From NCBI GenBank assembly GCA_031553535.1, contig JAVBLM010000001.1, positions 129,600 to 193,599 on the forward strand: a stretch of 64,000 nucleotides of DNA, given 5' to 3'. This DNA is from Bacteroidales bacterium (GTDB lineage Bacteria; Bacteroidota; Bacteroidia; Bacteroidales; WCHB1-69). Of the stretch, positions 61,401 to 64,000 are shown piece after piece. The notes below the pieces were generated by a model. That model saw nothing but the letters and a program-made list of their open reading frames with translations. It had not been told where the DNA came from and made no database searches. The position numbers were made by a program, and so were the translations under genes. Each line of letters starts with the position of its first letter. Positions within the stretch are counted from its first letter, which is position 1.

Positions 61401-64000
61401 ATCTGTCGGATACGCATACACGTCTTTATCCGATTGGAGATCAGTAGTAACTTCGGATCAGAATTCCGTAAGTGTCATGCCGAATTTCAAGAATCCAACT
61501 ACAAGCCTGGAACTATCCGATTATTCCCACTTATTATGTCCGCTGTATACAAATGTGACAACAGATATACTGGGAGAAACCAGGGAAAGCCTGACAACAA
61601 TGGGAGCATATACTCAGATCATCTCTCCATTTGACTTAATGCTTAGCAATATAAGTGTAGACAAAGAGATTGTGAATAATCAGAAAGTTCCCATAAGCAT
61701 TAAGGCCATAAATGTCGGGCATACTCCTATAAATGAAGCCGATCTCGGATGGAGCATTAATGGTGTACCGCAAATACCTGTCACATGGACAGCTGCTAAC
61801 AGCCTGAATCTTTTCGATGAAGAAGATATCTACATTGGTACATTCGAAGCACGCGATACAAATACATTCGACATTGTTGTTTGGATAGAAAATATCAATG
61901 CCTTTCCGGATCCTGTAAATTGGAACGATACCGTATCTGCTTCATCTATTGTTGTTCCCCTGATAGAATTTGCAGCACCATTCGTGCCGGATACTGTCTA
62001 TGCCCGTTCTTTCGATGTATATGTAAAAATAATGGAAGGAACCGGTGCTACCATGGTAACGCCTGCATTAAATGTACAATCCTTATTCAATGATACTACA
62101 TTTTACGATACGATAGCTATGAGTCTGGAGAATAATGGATTATGGAAAGCCCAAGTCTCTCAACAATATTATTACAGCAAAATCAATTACGATATAACCG
62201 TAACGGATACCGTTGGAAATAGCATTACACTATTCGATACCACATATATTAAATTTGCTTCCGGAAGTGAATTATACCCCGGAAATAATTTAAGTTTGAT
62301 AGCGGTAAATGATCTCGTAGATCCTAATGCGCTTTGTTCGCCGGATTATACTTCCGTATCGGTTGATATATTAAATACCGGGGAGAACAATCAAGATTTC
62401 TCCGTCAACAATATCACCTTAAGCTTACGGGTAACGGAGCCTATTGTATTCAGCGTAGATACAATAATTAAAACAGGATCTTTGGTTGCAGGCAAGGTAT
62501 CCACCATAAAAATAACCGACATGATGCCTATTGTTACGGCAGGAGCATACGATCTTAAAATATGGATGGATAATCCGATAGATGGTATCGTGCATGATGA
62601 TACCTTATGGTTCAACTATGTAACCGGAAGATTTGCCCTGCCTGTTGATGAAGACTTCAGCAATGGTATTCCTATGGTATTCACAGTAAAGACAAATAAT
62701 GATCCTTATAAATGGGATACAATAGTGAAAGGAACAGGAAGCGATACCGCAGTTAAACCTGTATATGGAACAAAAATGTTATCCTTTACCGGAACTCCCG
62801 GTTCCATGTCTACATTATCTACGCGTCAGCTGGATTTGAGCAGGACGATCGATCCGTCCCTGACGTTCTGGTATTTCCATGATACCGTTGCCGGAGAAGA
62901 TTACACGGATGTGCGCATTACCGTAGACGGAGGAGACTCCTACTCTACCCTGTTCTCTCTTACAAAATACGATCCTGCTTATTGGGGGTGGAAAGAATAC
63001 AATATTGACCTGCCGTCTTTTGCTATCAATCAATGTGTGATCATTGCATTCGAAGCAATGGAAAAAACACATGGTAAAAGCGTTGTTCAATACATTGACC
63101 GGATTCTTATCACCTCCAGCCAAAATCTTTCATTAGATACATTATTATTACCTGAGGTATCTGCATGTGATCTGAACGGACAGGAATTGAAAGTCGTTTT
63201 AAGAAATACGACCGGACAACGGATTAATTTCTCAGATGCCCCGATGGAAATACATATCAATGTTACGGGAGCTCTGAATAGAAAGATCACTTATCCATTA
63301 CGTGGCGCTATGGACGGATTAGAAGTTGATACGCTTACAATAACTACACATTTTGATTTTGCCGCCATGGGAGATTATTATTTTAAAGCCTACATAAGTA
63401 CGCTTGCGGCAGATTTCAACCGCAAGGATGATACTACGACAAACCATCTTCTTATTAATCCGAGACTGGATCTGAGAATCATTCCTAACTCAAATGGTTT
63501 CGATAATTGTCTCTTGGCAGGAACAAAAATAAATCAAGAGGTTATCGTTAAGAATAACGGAAATATGGATCTATCCGGTATTGAACTTACATTGCGCATA
63601 GACGCTCCCGAAGCAACTCCTCCTTATTTTGAGATTATACGAAATACTATATCCGGAACTATTGCTGCCGGGGATTCTATCCGGTACCCGTTCACCGATT
63701 TCTATACTGTGCCCTGGAGCCCGACTTATCAATTACAGGTATTCGCCAACCTGAATTGTAATCCCGGTCTACTAAATCCAAGAACATCGGCTGAGGAATG
63801 TGTCAATATAGATGATCTCGCACTTATTGCTATCAGTAATCCTCCCAGGCAAATTGACACGGTGGGATCGAATATCAATATTGAGGTAATTCTGGAAAAC
63901 AGAAGTGATGTCGTTTCTTACTCCGGTGTAAAAATACATGCACGGATAGAAGACTCTAAAGGAAATATAAAAGCCGACATATCGGAAGCTATTTCCAATA
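52453..64000 (+). CDS. Second giant T9SS-type beta-helix surface protein, paralogue of 41781-50099 (3'-partial; at least 3849 codons in window)
   Basis: ATG at 52453 with signal peptide MKKWMFLLLVTLISLQASYSQ. The N-terminal domain is collinear with the first giant protein (FNHICKISPRD vs FSHICKVSPMD; SYGWLLDNIEITAS vs SFGWLLENIQLTAS). Frame 1 yields no terminated ORF in the track across 11.5 kb, which is consistent with one unbroken frame. The frame is still open at 64000 (..VKIHARIEDSKGNIKADISEAISN). Confidence 0.88.
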   Translation, partial: MKKWMFLLLVTLISLQASYSQNVSYERENFDGNSISFVSQPSSSWRIDKNYYVSSPNSYRGVVPNKSGDSTILTSPPYDFYTNGYSNILLRFNHICKISPRDIVRIEYKIQNQGWLPIPATAYLGKAANYITTGFNAASYTQWQANDSTALPTNNWWKEETFDLGFLMGYAPNAQIRFIIKHGSTPGTQISYGWLLDNIEITASTYLVRDPIVEFIGSVVKDTVNSTGPYTINAKVQTTTSAPIKTPFLTYTYTLNGVSTTNSIEMDPVSGDSLWRGVLPQIEGGSTVSYSITGYDTNGNNATVQERYFIKKPSGNDSVSVALTSINSPAKGENPVGATPVTATFRNKGDSTLRAVEINWSLNGVLQTVQPHTWTGGLPWDFEHTEQLGTFNPRLRMSDTIVIWVNNPNGIQDPKHSDDTLSIITYGCPVDVSGSFPVGKNSEFKTIQEAFNSFQKCSPTGNITLELESDTIRENWDFSNINSFMNGYMLTITSLKHHRDSVVLRPNTGGIGITLGNTRNLTLDAITVDVSHLIPQIPVMMNVYAIYFSNTCTNIIINNCNIKAHKTSNSTNIHPIFKGSTGLADSIYITNNILDGGYSGFTFPGGNTNQYGKNIVFDSNTLTNQYYYGINASYTDFKSISNNTILSREAANFSATWIAIYMNNANGNITGNRIRQRNTSNITNPRGIFSYYHNYYFTNDTALIANNEIIIYTTGEYEGIQVNYSRSKIIHNSIYVKGSGSSRGIYINEPGYVNIHVIKNNNIIMESAAAYPIQISKATNIRSYDINSNNYYAPTYIGNIGGTGGDKLTMDAWQKMVTTDVNSVRIRSSFIDSTKNLKMRDYTGLECKPLPEVPKDIDNTPRLGLTTMGCYHYDPMYTVNARLTDLQGWREGNISGESDTVKVLLTNTGATPLTNANLTWIFNGAETTTAWSGTLAKGESTTVTLGKITYISGNYTITARIDNLGGSLQDDFLQDDTTSVSIFVCSSIYSTGIYTIGKTASSFTSVEEAIKKLSLCGANGDITLEIKNGTYANTVDLTGISSLLGNNKLTIKSQSGNPGDVILQTTNIGFTLARSNNIVIDGVTIDAKGGIVGIQFLDTCTNVVIQNCILLVDTTVTSNKYGGIYKPSIANVADSIFILNNIIEGGHFGIWLYGVSSSVYDSNIFITGNAISKQSHYGIYLYYTDFRIISNNIITSRLSNINTSWTGINTSNTNGDIIANKIKQLNRAISYAVGISLSNHNNNKTELALIVNNEINGYVGNGYAALALSSTRADIIHNSIYVRRVAGSKGIGISDGTSNRLNIKNNNIIMDTTGTFPIYINGSSNAALYNFESNNYYSPSYIGYAGANKVTMEQWQDVFFTDINSVKVRPTFIDSTINLKFINYDSVKCPVLSDVDTDLEDSIRAGAFTAMGCYHGFAPFSKNIKLTEILNWNEGPVYGTNDTVKAVIINTSLSSFLPQTINWSFNGNSRTGVPSNKTLAYGERDTITLGIINYGLGHNILTAWIDNSQDNYLEDDTILATSYICSTAGINGTFTVGKTGDFKTINLALQQIEDCGVNGNIILKVQPGLYVEDIDLTDYALILGNNKLTITSTTGNAEDVVFKTLSVGMILSQSNNIVIDAITIDATKGKFAIQFKGACTNVVISNNILLANLTTTYSDYNPIHKGSNTGVVDSIFIVNNELNGGYIGFNFIGGVASTLGTNVVFDSNRVFNTHTSGIYPQYTHFTSISNNTILSRTENTITSTWYAMRFESCNGPITNNRIKQQSNVIAQPYGIYLNNYSINSTADTALIANNEVMLNVATGTTGGIYTNVSRTKIINNSIYVSGAAAARGMYIANDNNSRTVAKNNNIVVASSSAYPIYLNYVTNMSLCDLDYNNMYGTGYVGYCGSTGGAKATIDAWQQFVTSDKHSVSVYPNFIDLTKNMDLLDSVLSCPVFENVTEDINKNTRVSPNTTMGAYQYIGTTHDVHPVEFVNLSPTYPLGTLIPLQVAITNSGTDTLKSALISWTANGVLPYKVQPWQGNLAPGETEVVPVTTGSLTLGAGNTDLILFTSMPNNVPDTRTFNDTLRTSIYACDSMLNGTYLVGTGEDIEDLKTVFELLSKCGIDGTVTFKLTPDTYTWNQNIGTYPGVNYYNRIIFTSSTSNAGDVTILSTGTASMTLSQAKYITLKDITIGNSSAAVALRFSGTCSDIEINGCIISANPTTTVATSRAIEYVETYGSGNKLDNIRIVNNTINGGYYNVYFDYPGSSENAVSDITFDNNILTNAYSYGFYSKNWGYYRSISDNTIKTRNANTTQYGIYAEANTNIDNLNRNKIHLYGTSNSNGIYLSGINSSTYLTRYNAQIINNEIIISSAGGSNPSYGISTSNTNATMFHNSIYLQGTAGCYGWNIASTAATYSLISKNNLYVTKTTGAGYPLYASNATFVTTAGGTISDYNNYYTTGTNIAFIGSPVATLANLQTATGQDANSTNKEPVFTDVTKSLEIADAANIICPVNPVVLSDIRDVLRVDSTNIGAYGIALKKLDAMATEIILSSDQSTPTLKIKNTGKDTIKSIEINSLYNGRVKSPVSWNGSIASMEEVSIVLDTIMADPDYNTITAWISNVNGGGLDSLQLNDTASTAFYLCQGGLAGIYTVGNSGKFKTIDNFIDVISKCGVSGAITLAFEDGTHNITFDVSSISTILNSHPLTITSENQDSSLVKLIALKDAVILLGNNTNVTIKDLTINAKQAKYGIQFTAACSNIVIDKCAILANPTTTQNNSYPIFKGDKTGIADSIRITNNLLDGGYTALWFYGGIDNNTYGKNIVLDSNTISNQSHYGIYPQYVDFFSVSYNTVLSRTANINTTWIGLRMQYANGPVIGNSVIQRSNDITHPTGIYAYYYNYYLAGNNIGRIINNEVILNTTDMQSGIEIGYSNVDVIHNSIYITGTGAARGITTRAEINNLTIKNNNIVTTATSSYPISITNRLVLRPNNIDYNNYYAPTYIGSVGYAYTSLSDWRSVVTSDQNSVSVMPNFKNPTTSLELSDYSHLLCPLYTNVTTDILGETRESLTTMGAYTQIISPFDLMLSNISVDKEIVNNQKVPISIKAINVGHTPINEADLGWSINGVPQIPVTWTAANSLNLFDEEDIYIGTFEARDTNTFDIVVWIENINAFPDPVNWNDTVSASSIVVPLIEFAAPFVPDTVYARSFDVYVKIMEGTGATMVTPALNVQSLFNDTTFYDTIAMSLENNGLWKAQVSQQYYYSKINYDITVTDTVGNSITLFDTTYIKFASGSELYPGNNLSLIAVNDLVDPNALCSPDYTSVSVDILNTGENNQDFSVNNITLSLRVTEPIVFSVDTIIKTGSLVAGKVSTIKITDMMPIVTAGAYDLKIWMDNPIDGIVHDDTLWFNYVTGRFALPVDEDFSNGIPMVFTVKTNNDPYKWDTIVKGTGSDTAVKPVYGTKMLSFTGTPGSMSTLSTRQLDLSRTIDPSLTFWYFHDTVAGEDYTDVRITVDGGDSYSTLFSLTKYDPAYWGWKEYNIDLPSFAINQCVIIAFEAMEKTHGKSVVQYIDRILITSSQNLSLDTLLLPEVSACDLNGQELKVVLRNTTGQRINFSDAPMEIHINVTGALNRKITYPLRGAMDGLEVDTLTITTHFDFAAMGDYYFKAYISTLAADFNRKDDTTTNHLLINPRLDLRIIPNSNGFDNCLLAGTKINQEVIVKNNGNMDLSGIELTLRIDAPEATPPYFEIIRNTISGTIAAGDSIRYPFTDFYTVPWSPTYQLQVFANLNCNPGLLNPRTSAEECVNIDDLALIAISNPPRQIDTVGSNINIEVILENRSDVVSYSGVKIHARIEDSKGNIKADISEAISN
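53400..61620 (+). repeat. Five copies of the ~1.63-kb CARDB + beta-helix supermodule inside the second giant gene
   Basis: Marker motifs: FSNTCTNIIINNCNI (~54092), FLDTCTNVVIQNCILL (~55738), FKGACTNVVISNNILL (~57355), FSGTCSDIEINGCIIS (~59002) and FTAACSNIVIDKCAIL (~60650). Spacing is 1615-1650 nt. Confidence 0.75.

Overview
AT-rich chromosomal segment that looks like Bacteroidota, probably Bacteroidales. This rests on T9SS C-terminal sorting domains, TAnnTTTG-type promoter boxes and the dcw gene order. From 1 to 30.2 kb the content is housekeeping. It holds the 3' part of a catalytic [FeFe]-hydrogenase and a HydS-type sensory hydrogenase paralogue, then htpG, aspS, manA and a few secreted or hypothetical proteins. 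Next come a DPS-like ferritin, a Prx6-type peroxiredoxin and a nitrilase-family gene. A full division/cell-wall cluster follows: mraZ-rsmH-ftsL-ftsI-murE-mraY-murD*-ftsW-murG-murC-ftsQ-ftsA-ftsZ, where murD is reduced to its C-terminal domain. From 30.6 to 40 kb there is an esterase whose upstream region contains a 168-bp segment flanked by a perfect 15-bp inverted repeat (candidate inverton). This block also carries a TetR/TolC/MFP/RND efflux operon with a small trailing gene, and an AraC regulator. From 40 to 64 kb the region is accessory. It contains a T9SS C-terminal-domain gene remnant and a three-fold 283-bp tandem repeat that includes the start codon of a 2772-aa T9SS beta-helix protein. 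A membrane-anchored TPR-LuxR regulator follows. After it comes a second, larger paralogue (52453 to beyond 64000, at least 3849 codons), which the ORF track omits because it has no stop in the window. Four intergenic sites carry related tandem arrays of short hairpins with periods of 42, 46 or 23 bp. Three of them sit behind a conserved stop-proximal terminator module. I found no rRNA, tRNA, CRISPR array, transposase or integrase.
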